A stretch of 63,241 nt of DNA, counting the filler, from Octopus bimaculoides (lineage: Eukaryota): assembly GCF_001194135.2 (NCBI RefSeq). It is 8 parts of 8 records of this genome, joined end to end, with 100 filler letters (N's around TTAATTAATTAA, not from the genome) between each part and the next. Parts side by side here need not be neighbours in the genome. Positions count along the whole stretch, not along the records: positions 1 to 11,924 come from NC_069010.1; positions 12,025 to 32,984 come from NC_068984.1; 6 more parts are not named here. One strand, 5' to 3'. The position numbers and the translations under genes are program-made. Positions 11,211-23,699 of the stretch are shown piece by piece; position 1 is the stretch's first letter; each line of letters starts with the position of its first letter. The notes below the pieces were generated by a model that searched no databases, was not told the DNA's origin, and worked only from the letters and a program-made list of their open reading frames with translations.

Positions 11211-11621
11211 ATATTGGTAACAGGCTGTCAGAGTCTATTCTCAACTAGCTGTCCCCATGCCGTCAAAAATGACGACTAATTATAGTATTTTATATATAAA
11301 TATGGATGGTAAATCAAATTAATACACTTGTCAATGTTATCTAGTATTTGTCTCTTGAGATGTGACATTGATCATCATTTGTTACTGAAAGAACACTGGT
11401 TCACACACACATTCACATACTTCCCTTGTACACACACATGAACTCACACAGAGTTGAAACGCTGTTTGAATTTTCTTTCCAGCATTGAATGTTCACCATC
11501 CTACCAGTTTGCCATCACCCCTTACTTCCTTATTCGTCTATCGCCCCTTTCCTTTCTCATTCATGTGTTGTGACAGAGAAAAACACAAGAGTATTATTAT
11601 AGTAGAAAACATTTCTGCCAG

Positions 11622-11823
11622 AAGGCGAGCCGGCAGGACAAAAATACTTGGCTGCATTTCGTCCGCCTTTACGTTCTGAGTTCAAATTCTGCTGAGGTCA
11701 ACTTTGACTTTCATCACTTTCAGGGTTGATAAAACAAGTACCAGTTAAGCAGAAGGGTCGATGTAAGCCACTTACCCTTCCACTGAGATTGCTGGCCTTG
11801 TGCCAGGACTTGAAATTAATATT
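11622..11823 (+). mobile_element. SINE family B, diverged
   Basis: Collinear with 10772-11005. Confidence 0.8.
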
Positions 11824-12024
11824 CATGAAATTGAATACAAGAGAAGGAGTATCAACAAGGGATCGGGAAGAGTGGGTAGGTAAGTTAAGAGAGTGACAGA
11901 GGGTTGGTGATGGGCTGTGTGTGTNNNNNNNNNNNNNNNNNNNNNNNNNNNNNNNNNNNNNNNNNNNNTTAATTAATTAANNNNNNNNNNNNNNNNNNNN
12001 NNNNNNNNNNNNNNNNNNNNNNNN

Positions 12025-12109
<85 letters not shown>

Positions 12110-13789
12110 CATACATATACGCACACACACACAAACACACACATATATACATGCATGCATAGATACACACGCACGCACACACGCACCCATACACACATAC
12201 ATATGAAGGTTTTCTTAGATGAACCGCTAACTTTACGAAAGAGTAAACGGTCCAACACTGTTTTTCCGCCAGCAATTTATTGTAAACAAAGCGACCATCG
12301 GTCACTGATTTACAACAACCAAAATAGCAAGTTGTATAATCTCAAGAAGAAATCAGAATAGTAACTATATTAAGAAGTAAAGTTAATCGCCACTTATGAT
12401 GGACTCTCCAGTCGAAAACGACGAATGAGCGCTCAACATTTGCCGAGCGTCCTGCACAAAACATTTGTTTATACTGATCATAATGTTCGTGCTGCACATT
12501 ACTTCATTCCCTCCATCAAATTGACGTTGCCCGAACAGGTGCACTCTGTACCACGCGTCAGGAGTCGAAATGATCGTGAGATGATGTTTTAATATTTTTT
12601 CCGATAAAAATTCTACGAAGACAATTTTTTTTCTAGTAAGGGCTCATGATGAATAGTNNNNNNNNNNACACACATACATGCATACATACATACATACATA
12701 CATACATGCATACATACATACATACATACATACATACACACACATACACATGCATATATATATATATATACATACATACTCACACACGGACGCACACATA
12801 CACACATACGTATGCATGCATAAACATATTTAATATTGAAAAACTATAGGGAAGTTGTGCAGATATTGATTTGAAGATGAACAATTCAACATCGTAGACA
12901 AGCTGCAGATAGAATATTACATTCAATTCTTCGTTACCCATAAAATTTAGTATCTGCTAATAATACCGAATGTAACGTGAGACTGTTGAAAATGTAACCG
13001 TCAGCTGATATACATACAAATTATGTGAAAAAGTCAAGTAGTTTTTAATCTAATTTTCGAGATTGCATGTTACACATCCTGAATATAGGCATCTTGGAAA
13101 ATTGTTAAATTTCAATTATACACTAAAAATATATAAAAGAAATATAAATTGGTACATATTATTGAAAAGGAAATTTAATTTATAATAAAATTTTATAAAC
13201 TTTTACAGCTGTATTCTTTTGAGTTTATGTCTGGTAAATTTACATGCAAGTGTCCAATAATATTTTTTTTCTAATATGAATATCATCGTCGTCGTCATCA
13301 TCATCATCATCGCCACAATTATCAGTACCATTACCACCACCATTACCACATAACCACCACCACCACCACCACACATAAGAACACAACCAATACCGCCATC
13401 ATTACCACCGCTATTACCATCAGTATCATCATCTTGATCTCTGAGTCAACTTTCACCTGTACGGAGCACAATAAGGGACGTGTCATTTAATCAGTTTCGT
13501 CATCAGCTGTATTGATATCATTGTCTTTTATCGATTTCTTGACTAGTTCGAAATGTTCCCTGCAGTTCAGCCTTACATTAGTGATTTGCTAGATAATGAC
13601 TTACCCGAGTCGTAAGTCAGTGCATTCGAGATATTGGCTGGAAATAATTTCCAACGTACGTTTTATATCATTTTAGTGAGCTGTGGGACGCTGGAATAAG
13701 GTGGCTTAGTTATCAATGGTAAAGGTCTTACGAAAGCATACTTTACAACTAAATCCTTCCTTCAAACGAAACTAAAACAATATTTAGCA

Positions 13790-13992
13790 CAGAGCTGGAA
13801 AGCTGAGCAAAATGGTTTGCGGCATTTCGTCCGTCTTTACGTTCCAAGCTGAAATCCGCCGAGTTCAACTCCAGCTTTCATCTTTTCGGGGTCGATAAAA
13901 TAAGTACTAGCTGAGTATTGGATGTCAAGGTAATCGACTTAACCCACTCTCCCGTAATTGCTGGCATTGTGCCAAATTTGAAACCAATATTT
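13790..13992 (+). mobile_element. SINE family B
   Basis: GGCATTTCGTCCGTCTTTACGTTC...CTTTCATCTTTTCGGGGTCGATAAAATAAGTAC...GTGCCAAATTTGAAACCAATATT. Confidence 0.8.
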
Positions 13993-14362
13993 TGCACACA
14001 ATATGAAGATAAAATAAGTGATCCAAAAGCAATGCATTATTGCATGGTATTAGCTAACATAAGAAGATACCAATAAAAATGCATTTAAAAAAGAAAAGAC
14101 AATCACAATAACAAACAAAATAAAAGAAGGAAAAGTTTTTAAAATAGTCGTTAATGGAAAACTAAAAAATGTGAAACAAAAAGAACACTGAAAAAACTTA
14201 TACTAAACTCTTGAATGGCAACAATCCGAACGAGAGCAACACTGTATTTCTTAAGAAAATAGAGTTCGGAGAAGATTTAAGAACAGGAAATTCTGAAGAT
14301 TGTACACAAAGGTAATAGATGCTCGAGGACAAAAATAGTTAAATTAAATACATGCCCTATGA

Positions 14363-14575
14363 AATATTGATTTCAAATTTTGGCACAAGTCCAGCAATTT
14401 TGAGGGGTGCACAAATCAAATGCATCGACACTAGTGCTCAACTGGTACTTGTTTATCAACCCTGAAAGATAAAAGGTATAGTCGACCTCTACGGCATTTA
14501 AACTCAGAACGTACAGGCGGACGAAATACAACTAAGTATTTTCCCTCGCACGATAATGACCCTGCCATGTCGCTG
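14363..14575 (-). mobile_element. SINE family B, inverted relative to 13790-13992
   Basis: Reverse complement of the family B consensus; tail-to-tail with the previous copy. Confidence 0.75.
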
Positions 14576-14589
14576 CCAAAAAGCTCCTA

Positions 14590-16620
14590 TGAAGTATTGA
14601 GAGTATTTCCCATAGAAAAATAGCTTCGACAAATGAAAAATAATTTTAAAAGTGCTTCATCGATCACATAGAATCAATGTAAACTGGTGAAAATATAGAT
14701 ATCACCAGGTTAAGCAAAATAATATATGCATCAAACAGTGTAGTTACAAAAGAAAGGGACTTCTTGCGTATATCCACTGATATAGGAATATAGATATCCT
14801 TAAAATCAGCTAGGGGAATAACATACAAAACGTGTGAAATAAAACAGATCCTAAATGTTTCATAAAATCAATAACACTAGAGTAGACCCGAAAAGAAAAT
14901 CAACCATAGTTCACCTGTGCTCTAACAAAAATGTATCTAGAAGCAAAGAATGCTTGAAACAAGCGCTCCTCTCAGCACAATAAGTAATCGGTCAGTACCA
15001 AACGTAACAATGTTGTACTTTTTTAACGGAATAAACCATTAAAAACAATAATGAACTGTGCATACGATAAAGAACTGATCCAAGATAAGGAGCAAGAAAG
15101 GTGGATGACTTCTGTGAAGGAGTCTGACAGAATTAATTATCATTGGTGTGGTGGTTCAAAACAATAAACAGAACCAAAGGAATCTTTGGAAGATAATTTG
15201 ACGAACGAAAATGTTCCCCAAATACTAAAATCAAGATACACATTTGTAAATTATCAGACAATGGTATCATCCCAACTCCAGAATGAAATATTCGTCAATG
15301 TCATATCAGATATAAATTAAATACTGACATATCCAGGGACAAACTCCGACTGGTTCACAGGTGGAGAACACATTCCTCATCTTCAAGACTAAAGAAACAG
15401 CAAATCTTAGAATAACAAACCGCTAATCTGCCTCACCACCACCTGCTAAATCTTCATTGCAATAAGATAACAAGAAATAAGTAAACATCGAGGAAGAAAT
15501 AAGCTGCTTCAAGAATAGCAGAAAGATTTCTGCAAAGGATCATTTGGCTGTAAATATCACTTACTGATCAAAGAAACCAACCATAACCGAAAATTATAGT
15601 ATAAGAAATAAAGGTCTGAGGGGGGGGAGTTTTGACTACAAATCGTGTGAGTCGATGGGCAACATGTAGATCATGAAACATTAGCCAAAAGAAAGGTATT
15701 GCCAACGAGTAACAGATACATCAAACACGTTGTGTAAATAGCACAGATGAAGGGAGTGCTATAATATGAAATCTCATCTGATTTAAAAGGAATATTTTCA
15801 AAGACTTACTATTTTTGCCTCATTTCTGCATGATGATAACACCTTAATCAGTGTACAGTCAAGGACATAAAAACTATTTCAGAGAAATCAACAACCTTTA
15901 ATGTATACGTGATCTGAATTTGTACACTGTAGATGATAAAGAAATAAGAACACTAGTAATGACAATTCAGCGACTTACTTTAAAAACTGGAGTGAGATTC
16001 ACATTAGAAAAATAGGTACGAAGGCAACCCTGGACAGAAGAATGAACGAGGAACATTAATATCATACTAGATAACGACACGGAGTCAAGAGAATAAGATC
16101 GAATTCATTCAGGCATACAAATGTATTTGAAGCAATGAACCATGTGCTGCATACAAGCATAAACGAGGAAGATACTAAGCAATGTTAGAAATCTATTAGA
16201 CTGATAATTAAACTAGTATAAAATGCGAAAACAAAGAATATAGAAAGTAATTGGCGTCAAATATTCAAGCCGTCGCAGTAATAATGTAGAGTTATAATTT
16301 TTCTAACTGGATATTAAATGAATTTGGAAGTCTAGACAGAAGAACACCAAAAAAGTGTACCACCTAAAATCTAATATAGAGAGTTTATAGTCACCTCAAA
16401 TACAGTGAAATAGGAGCTTTATGCAATTAAAGAAATATAAAATGTCTATTGTATGTAAATGATATATTTTGGGAAAACTCATACAGATAGCTACAGAATG
16501 AATAATAAAAAAAATATTTACTGTCTTTCAAGAAGACAAGAGAATGCAAAGCAAAGACTTGATATATCAGATAGTTGAGATGGGAAAGAACAAAGAACTG
16601 CAGAAACAGAAAAAGCAAAC
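14590..16620 (+). mobile_element. Heavily decayed R4/Dong-clade non-LTR retrotransposon, RT region
   Basis: Broken frames give DWFT..RTFLIFKTKETAN...PLICLTTT, KH.EENKLLQE*QKDFCKGSFGCKYHLLI, FDYKSC, INNL*CIRDLNLYT (an HLLYMDDLKLY equivalent), GVRFTLEK and HLKSNIESL, in the R4/Dong RT order as recalled. May extend upstream to about 14000. Confidence 0.7.
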
Positions 16621-16696
16621 AATTTTAGCTTAAAATGGAGCTGCTTCAGAAACCATCCTCCTCAAAGTTTTTCACATTGTAGCTAAATCAGGAGCG

Positions 16697-16732
<36 letters not shown>

Positions 16733-17002
16733 TAGTGCACTATCGAGAGAGGGCACTTGCCATCTCAAATGTCGTGAAGCATTCACAGCTCCCTATCAGT
16801 GGAAATTCTACATTCGCGTTTTATAGAGGATTTCTGTTGATGGCCAAAAGCAACGACGTTTTCGAGGATACGTCTGGTAATCAAAATCAACTGCCTGGTC
16901 TGGGATGCACCTGTAATTTCCAGAATTGCCTAACGAAACATTTCTCTACCTACTCTTCCAGTACTTGGGTGTTGCTGATTTCTAGAGATATATCGTTGTA
17001 TG
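16697..17002 (-). mobile_element. 3' end fragment of an R4/Dong-type element with a (TAA)n tail
   Basis: Minus strand YNDISLEIS... resembles the end of the RLE domain; followed by a 3' UTR and (AAT)n at 16697-16728. Confidence 0.55.
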
Positions 17003-17104
17003 TTTCTTCTTCTTCTTCTTCTTCTTCTTCTTCTTCTTCTTCTTCTTCTTCTTCTTCTTCTTCTTCTTCTTCTTCTTCTTCTTCTTCTTCTTCTTCTTGC
17101 TGTT

Positions 17105-17719
17105 GTTGTTGTTGTTGTTTTTGCTGCTGCCTTTGCACAGCTCCTAACGCTGGAGATGTACTAGAGTGCCAGCTGTTGACTACCAGTGAACTAAGGTAAC
17201 ACTTCTTAATTTTCGAGCAACTTCCGGAGTATTCGAGCGGTTCCAAGCAAGTGTTGTTTTCTGCAAGTGCTCCCCCTTATTGCAGCCCCTATTTGCTCGA
17301 CATACTTCTCGAGATTGTTGCTTACTGTTCCCAGGGCTCCGACAATTATTGGTACTACTGCTATCATTTTCATAGACCACAACTGCTTAACTTACCAAGC
17401 TAACCTTTCATATCTATCGACTTTTCTTTCTTCCTTATCGCATACCTTGTTGTCTCCTGGGCATGCTATATCTATGATCCAGCATAGTTTGTTTTCTTTC
17501 TCAATTAAGACAATGTTCAGCTTCCTATTCTCAATCTCATGTCCGCACTGAATCATAAAATCCCATAGGGTCTTTGCATTTCTATTTTCGACAATGACCC
17601 CAGGTTTGTTGTACCAATTTTTTGCTCCGTCAAGTCCATACTTGTTGCAAAGTGTCCAATGGACAAGCCTGGCTATATTGTCGTGGCAGCCCTTATATTT
17701 CTTCTGGGCTAGTGGCGTA
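17105..17719 (-). mobile_element. 3' end of an R4/Dong-type LINE: restriction-like endonuclease domain plus 3' UTR
   Basis: Minus strand YTPLAQK..KGCHDNIARLVHWTLCNKYGL...KTLWDFMIQCGHEIENRKLNIVLIEKENKLCWIIDIACPGD...VVPIIVGALGTV...LGTARILRK; the catalytic PD is degenerate (LN). Tail (CAA)n(GAA)n. Confidence 0.88.
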
Positions 17720-17785
17720 TATATATATNNNNNNNNNNNNNNNNNNNNNNNNNNNNNNNNNNNNNNNNNNNNNNNNNNNNNNNNN

Positions 17786-17849
<64 letters not shown>

Positions 17850-18084
17850 CATGTATGCATATATAATGCTATAATATGTTATATGCACATGTATCTTGGT
17901 ACCCATAAACACATATATTGTAGTTTAAATCATTAATGTAATATAGATTGAATTTTAACTCTAACTATATCAATACAACTACTGTTGTGACTGATGCTTC
18001 TGCTACTTATTCTATTTTATTAATATCAATAATAACAATGAATATAAGAACTTCATAATACAACAACAACACCAAGAGTAATCT

Positions 18085-18299
18085 TTTCTACTTTAAGCAC
18101 AAGGGATGAAATTTTGGGGGAGGCGGCCAATCGATTAGATTGACCCTAGTACGCAATTGGTACTTAATTTATCGATACCGAAAGGAGGAAAGGCAAAGTC
18201 GATCTCGGCGAAATTTGAAATCAGAATGTAAAGACAGACGAAATACCGCTAAGCATTTTGCCCGGCGTGCCTAACGACACCAACAACATCTCGCCGCCT
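18085..18299 (-). mobile_element. SINE family B
   Basis: Reverse complement of the family B consensus. Confidence 0.8.
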
Positions 18300-18589
18300 A
18301 ACAACACTAACAATATTAATAGAGGTTTCAAATATTTTGTACAAGGTCAGCAATTTTTGATGACGGAATATTTTAATAAATAGACCTTTGTTGTATTTTG
18401 AACACTCTAAAGAATCTGCTGAGATCTAACCATACTGAGTGAAGTAATTTACTGAATGTCTCGGAAAATAGCGGAACTAACATGCACATTATTTGCAGAA
18501 CTTACCGCAATCCCATGTTCGTTAACTAATGATGGAATAGTAATGTGCTAGAAACGTGGAGGTAGGGGATCCTAGATAAGTCAATGCTA

Positions 18590-19460
18590 AGACTGACTTA
18601 GGGGTGACGTCGTTAGGCTATAGAAAGGTGCGCAATATAAGTTTTCATTCGTGGATCATCGATTGCTTGAAAGTATTTAGAATTGCGCACAATATCGTCT
18701 CCTTTATTAAGCAGAAGTATAAATGGCTGGAACACTGAACTCGCATCGGTGTAGCAGAGCGTAGTTTGTCTCTAAATGAAACGCAGAATCTTAAAAGCGA
18801 TAACTTGTCTCCATTGCTTTTTGTTTCGCGGAAGTTACCATAGAATTTGATTTTGAGAAACACTGGATATGAGCTCTTATGCCATTGAGCTCATATCCAG
18901 TGTTTCTCAAAATCAAATTCTATGGATACGAGCTCAATGGCATAAAAGAGAGGATCAGCCATTTACTTTCAATGACAGACTTGAAGATTCGAGGAAAAGA
19001 TAAAATGCCGCTGGTTCTTACAATTTATTGCTTTAGTGCGTAAAAGGGAACAGAATTTATGTTGAAAATGTGTGGAATGTTGATTCTAAAATGAGGCAAA
19101 GTCCAATGAATGGATGACGTGAAGTTGCCCAAGAGAGACTTAGTGAAGAGAATTGACAATAAATAATAAAATATGTAGACATTTTGGAAGAGGACGAACT
19201 GATGGAAATTCGAATGGGAAGAAATTCGAACAATTTGCATATGGGAATCGGTCTCTTGAGATATAGAGCAGGAATGATACACAGAACAAAAAAAAACAAA
19301 ACAAAAAAAACAGCTATCTTTACAAGAAAACAAGAAAACTGCTGACAATGAAGTGTACGCTCCACTCAAACAGCGATGTAGACATGCTACACGCAACATA
19401 AAAGAAAGGCAGGAGTGGATACGTTGTGAGGATTCAGTCAGAGAAAATAATATCGTTTTT
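18590..19460 (+). mobile_element. Decayed R4/Dong-clade RT fragment
   Basis: HSWIIDCLKVFRIAHNIVSFI, KSDNLSPLLFV, YELNGIKERISHLLSMTDLKI, KYVDILEED, GLLRYRAG, RKLLTMKCTLHSNSDVDML. Confidence 0.8.
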
Positions 19461-20085
19461 TTCTGGCATATAACGAATGAAAAGGGAGCGCTACTTACAC
19501 AAATAAGGAAGAGAGAGAGGAAGAGTAGGAAAGAATGCAGTAGATTTGTTGACCAGTGGTTGTGTATTGGTGAATGAATTCTTGAGTTACCCAAATGGTT
19601 TTACTTTTGGTGAAAGCTGAGAAATACCATTCCTAAAACTGAAACAATACACCTTTGTGATTCACAGCCGAGCATTGTATATGATAATAAGTAGAATACA
19701 GCTGAAGAAATTTGTAACTTTGATTTGAAACCTACCTTTCTCTTGTAATTATTTTATGTATAAAGGCTCAGTAGGAAAAATTATAGGAAACTGTGGTTTG
19801 ATAGAATACATTTTTTTCGTCAGTTTATTAATATGAAATTAAAACCTAATGATATATTCTTATTTGGTAATATGAGTTATATTGGGTAATATGAGATTTA
19901 TTGGGTAATATCAGATATATTGGGTAATATGAGATTTGGTTCCATTAATCTTTATTTAAATGGTTTTGGAAATTATGTTGTTTACATTAAAACATGTAGA
20001 AGTTTTCTTTTCTAGAATAAAATATTTCAGTTACTAACAATAATATACTGATAAATTGTTTTGTATCTGTATGAACCAATAATTA

Positions 20086-21720
20086 CACCGGGGAATACGG
20101 TTTTAGTTTTCTGCTGTTGGAGACATGCTATCTCGTAATTTTGGGGTGCTGATTTCAAAAGTGAAATCCATTTTGCTCTACCACGTCAAGATTTTTCACA
20201 AACGCAAATGTAAATCTTTCAACATATCCGGTATTGTCACAATTTCTAATGTTAGGTTTCGCTTCGTCATGTGGATACTTGGCGTAATTTGAAGACACTT
20301 GTTCAATATCATTTAAAATGCAACTACAATAGTGAAAAAGAAGTCAGGATTTAAGTATCTTCATTAAATAAGAAGCATCAAACTTAAGCAACTTTATCTA
20401 TGTTCAATCAAACCATTCATGATGTCACAATGATGACAGAAATGTCCTTTATACAATTGGATATTAATAAACAACACATTTCTAAGGTACATGATATCAT
20501 GCATGTCTCATATTTGTTGAGCTTGTCTGTAGTTATGCCCACGCTTCATTTAGTTTGACTCTTTGCTAACCAGGTGAAACATGTTTTGCTAGACTTTTAA
20601 CTATTTATGTAAGTTGGTATTTGAATGCACGCTCAATGTTTAAAATCTCAGGGTAAATGGGTCAAGATAATTTTTTGTCAAGATTAGTCAAAGGATTCTA
20701 AAAAGAACTTTATAATATGTATGCTCTTTATGGAACTTTGCTATCACAAATCTGCATTGGGTTCTTTTATAACTTTTGACGTGTTAACAATTCTGAAACT
20801 GTTTTTTTCCAGGTGAGAACTAGCTTGATTATATTTCCGAAATCTAGCCAGTTGTGTGAGATGAAAATGTAAGAAAAGCCTCGATGTTTTCCGCTATATT
20901 TGTAGATATTACATTTTACTAAGGCAGCAAAACAAACTTACAGATTTAGCAAAGGAAGCTTACCTTACTTACTTTGGTATGAAACTGGGTGATGAAGACA
21001 AAACCTGGGCACCCACCATATAATGTATAAAACATGTGTTGAAACACTGAGAGAGTGTCTGTTTCAAATACTTAAGAAGAAAGTTTCCATTTTTGTCTTA
21101 AGAGAAAATTAAGGTCAGTGCGTTTGAAAGGTCACAGATTAGGTGGCTATTCCTGGACAAACAGTGTTTAAAGATCATGTCTCACCTTGGAAAACATGGA
21201 ATGCATTTTTTGTAGTTGTGCCTGCTTTCCTGGGAAACAGTAAGTAATCAAATTATGAAATTGTGCAAACTCTATTAACCAGTTTTTGAGCACTGCGCTG
21301 CAACATGAGTGTAAAAGTACATCTCCTGCACAGTCACTGGACTATGACCCTGGAAATCATAGTGCAATAAATGATGAGCAAAGAGAAAGATTCTATCTAG
21401 ACATCGATTCCATGGAGGCTAGGCACCAAGGCAGATGGAATACAAATACGACGCCTAACTACTGCTGGTGTCTGCAAAAAGGCTGTCGTGATGCAAGTTC
21501 TTCACGCAAAGCAGCAAAGATAACGCTCATTCCATATGTCGCTGAAACTCCAGTGTGACAGAAATATCTATCCTAAAATGTGTAATGAAACATTTTGTGT
21601 AAAATATTAGTTAAACAATAAATAAGAACTAATTAGTTTGTGCTATTATCGTATTTTAGTATTGAATTTAATGGCAAAATTGATATTTGTGATAAAAAAA
21701 TGAATTTTCATTAAAAAAAA
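20086..21720 (+). mobile_element. Internally deleted Chapaev3-like (CMC superfamily) DNA transposon relic
   Basis: Begins CACCGGGGAATACGG. N-terminal YLTYFGMKLGDEDKTWAP..MYKTCVETLRE near 20960-21055 and C-terminal DEQRERFYLDIDSMEARHQGRWN...YCWCL at 21370-21480 match this transposase family as recalled. Right end not defined. Confidence 0.7.
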
Positions 21721-23699
21721 TGTGTGACAAATTTTTTGAGGGCATAATTGCAAAAAGCAAAACAAGTCGTTTCGAAAATGTTCCCTAATGTTATCAATAA
21801 AATATTAAATGCAACTGAGCAGCCTATTGCTTACGGACAAACAATATAATTGTTCCTATACAGTGAGCAAATTGTAGAAAAATACTTGATGTGATAGAAA
21901 GAAATGGATTGCTGTTTTGAAATCAACGAAGCAATTTTAGTCTAAATCCCGTAAAAAAGCAAACTCAACAGAAATTATGTTCAAAGTTGTTCCCCTGCGT
22001 TATATGTGCATTTACTAAGATATCTTTTAATTATACCAGAATTAATAGTGTAGCGTAAGAATTCCTAAACATGAGTACAGTACTGGTAACAGAGGTGAAG
22101 TTGTGTAATTTCTTGGAGAGTATTGGCGAAACATTTGGTTTCTCATAACGTTGGAAATGCATGTCGGTCCAGCGCAGGGCGTCACCTTAGACTCTAAAGT
22201 TATTATATATTCACAGATGGAATCTGAACTTAACAGGACAGTTCAATTAAGCACTCGTCAAATTTCAAAGTGCTGCTGCTACTATTGTTTATAGAATTAA
22301 TCTATTCCTGTGCCATGTTTCCAATTTATATATAGACACACTTGGAAAATGTAACAATTTAGTGTATTCGCAATTGAAACTCCATTGACAGGATGTTAAT
22401 TACCAAATGTGTGTATAGTAGTTCAGCATACTTACACTACATGCTTAAACTACATGCAGCATTCTTCAAGTCATGTTTGAGCATCAAAGATCAAACTGTG
22501 CATGCTATATAACACTACATACAATAAATGTGTGAGTAGTTTAATGAAGTGTTTGTAAATGCATCGCTGACCTAGCTCAGAGGAATTTTAATCATTTCTG
22601 CTTAAATAGATTATATTTAAACATGACGCTCCACAATTTAAACGCTAAAATATTTTATATGCAGCATGAACCGTTGGCATCAGAGACGTCTTGATTTAGC
22701 TAAAGTCATTCTACTTTGCCTTCTTGGAAATGGCAACTAATGTGTTATACTTTCCAAAATTTGTGACCTATGTATCTAGTAAAATGAGTGAAAACCGCTA
22801 ACTTATTAGTTGTTTTATGAATGATATTTCAAAATTGAAACCACTAAAAACAAGTAGTGAAACTGTTCTGTAAATAAGGCGCATAACATGCATGATATAA
22901 TACAGTATATAGGCAAAAATCACAAGATGTAACTAGTGAGATTCTCATTTAAGTAATATTCAATACCGTACCTAATGTAACAAAATCATAATGCACAAAA
23001 CATTATAAATAGCAAGTGAAACACATCTACGAAATGAACTTGCATATGACAGGCAAATTATATTTTAAGACTAACACTACAATAAGCACACATTAGAGAA
23101 TATCCAATATCCTGTACAAAGCCAGGTGACTTTGGTACTGATCACGAGAAAGCATTTAATACAGATGTATAGCACTAAAGAGCACAGATGTATCAGTAGC
23201 AGGTAAAATGCGTCTAGCAGCGCCAATGGAATTGCTAAATCCAGCTTTCTGATTGAGTGTAATCAGTGTCAATTTTCCACTAGCAAATGTATGCTTTGAC
23301 AAAATTAGTTTCTACTGATATACAAAAATAAACATGGATTAACAAATCACTGGTGATTGTAAACACCCAGAAGGGAGGGTAAAAGTTCGTTATTTGCGAC
23401 AGAAGCAAATTTAATTCAAAATAGCATTTTTTATATCTATCCTCACGTGGATACACTGCAAGAAAGCAGAAATATGCTGTACACTCTGCATATCCACCTT
23501 AAAGTAGACATACAGAATAATATTTAGAACCAATACTGCTTCTATTTGTAGTAACGAACAACGAATAAGGTTAGAAAGTAATGCCCACGTACTAAATGCA
23601 TGATATGGTTAACGTGTACTGCATGAGGTGTACTGCATGAGGTATGTTATAGAATTGGAATTGTTTTCTATAAAAAGTCTGTCAAGATGAAAGCCTAGT

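Noticed and set aside
11969-11980. TTAATTAATTAA isolated between N-runs (also near 33029, 35889, 40614, 52725, 59358 and 61904)
   Set aside because: An identical palindromic 12-mer with stop codons in all six frames, always flanked by Ns: an artificial scaffold or gap linker, not biology.
13494-13506. Minus-strand CTGATGACGAAAC (hammerhead core with no stem II)
   Set aside because: No stem II, no convincing stem I or III; compatible with chance.
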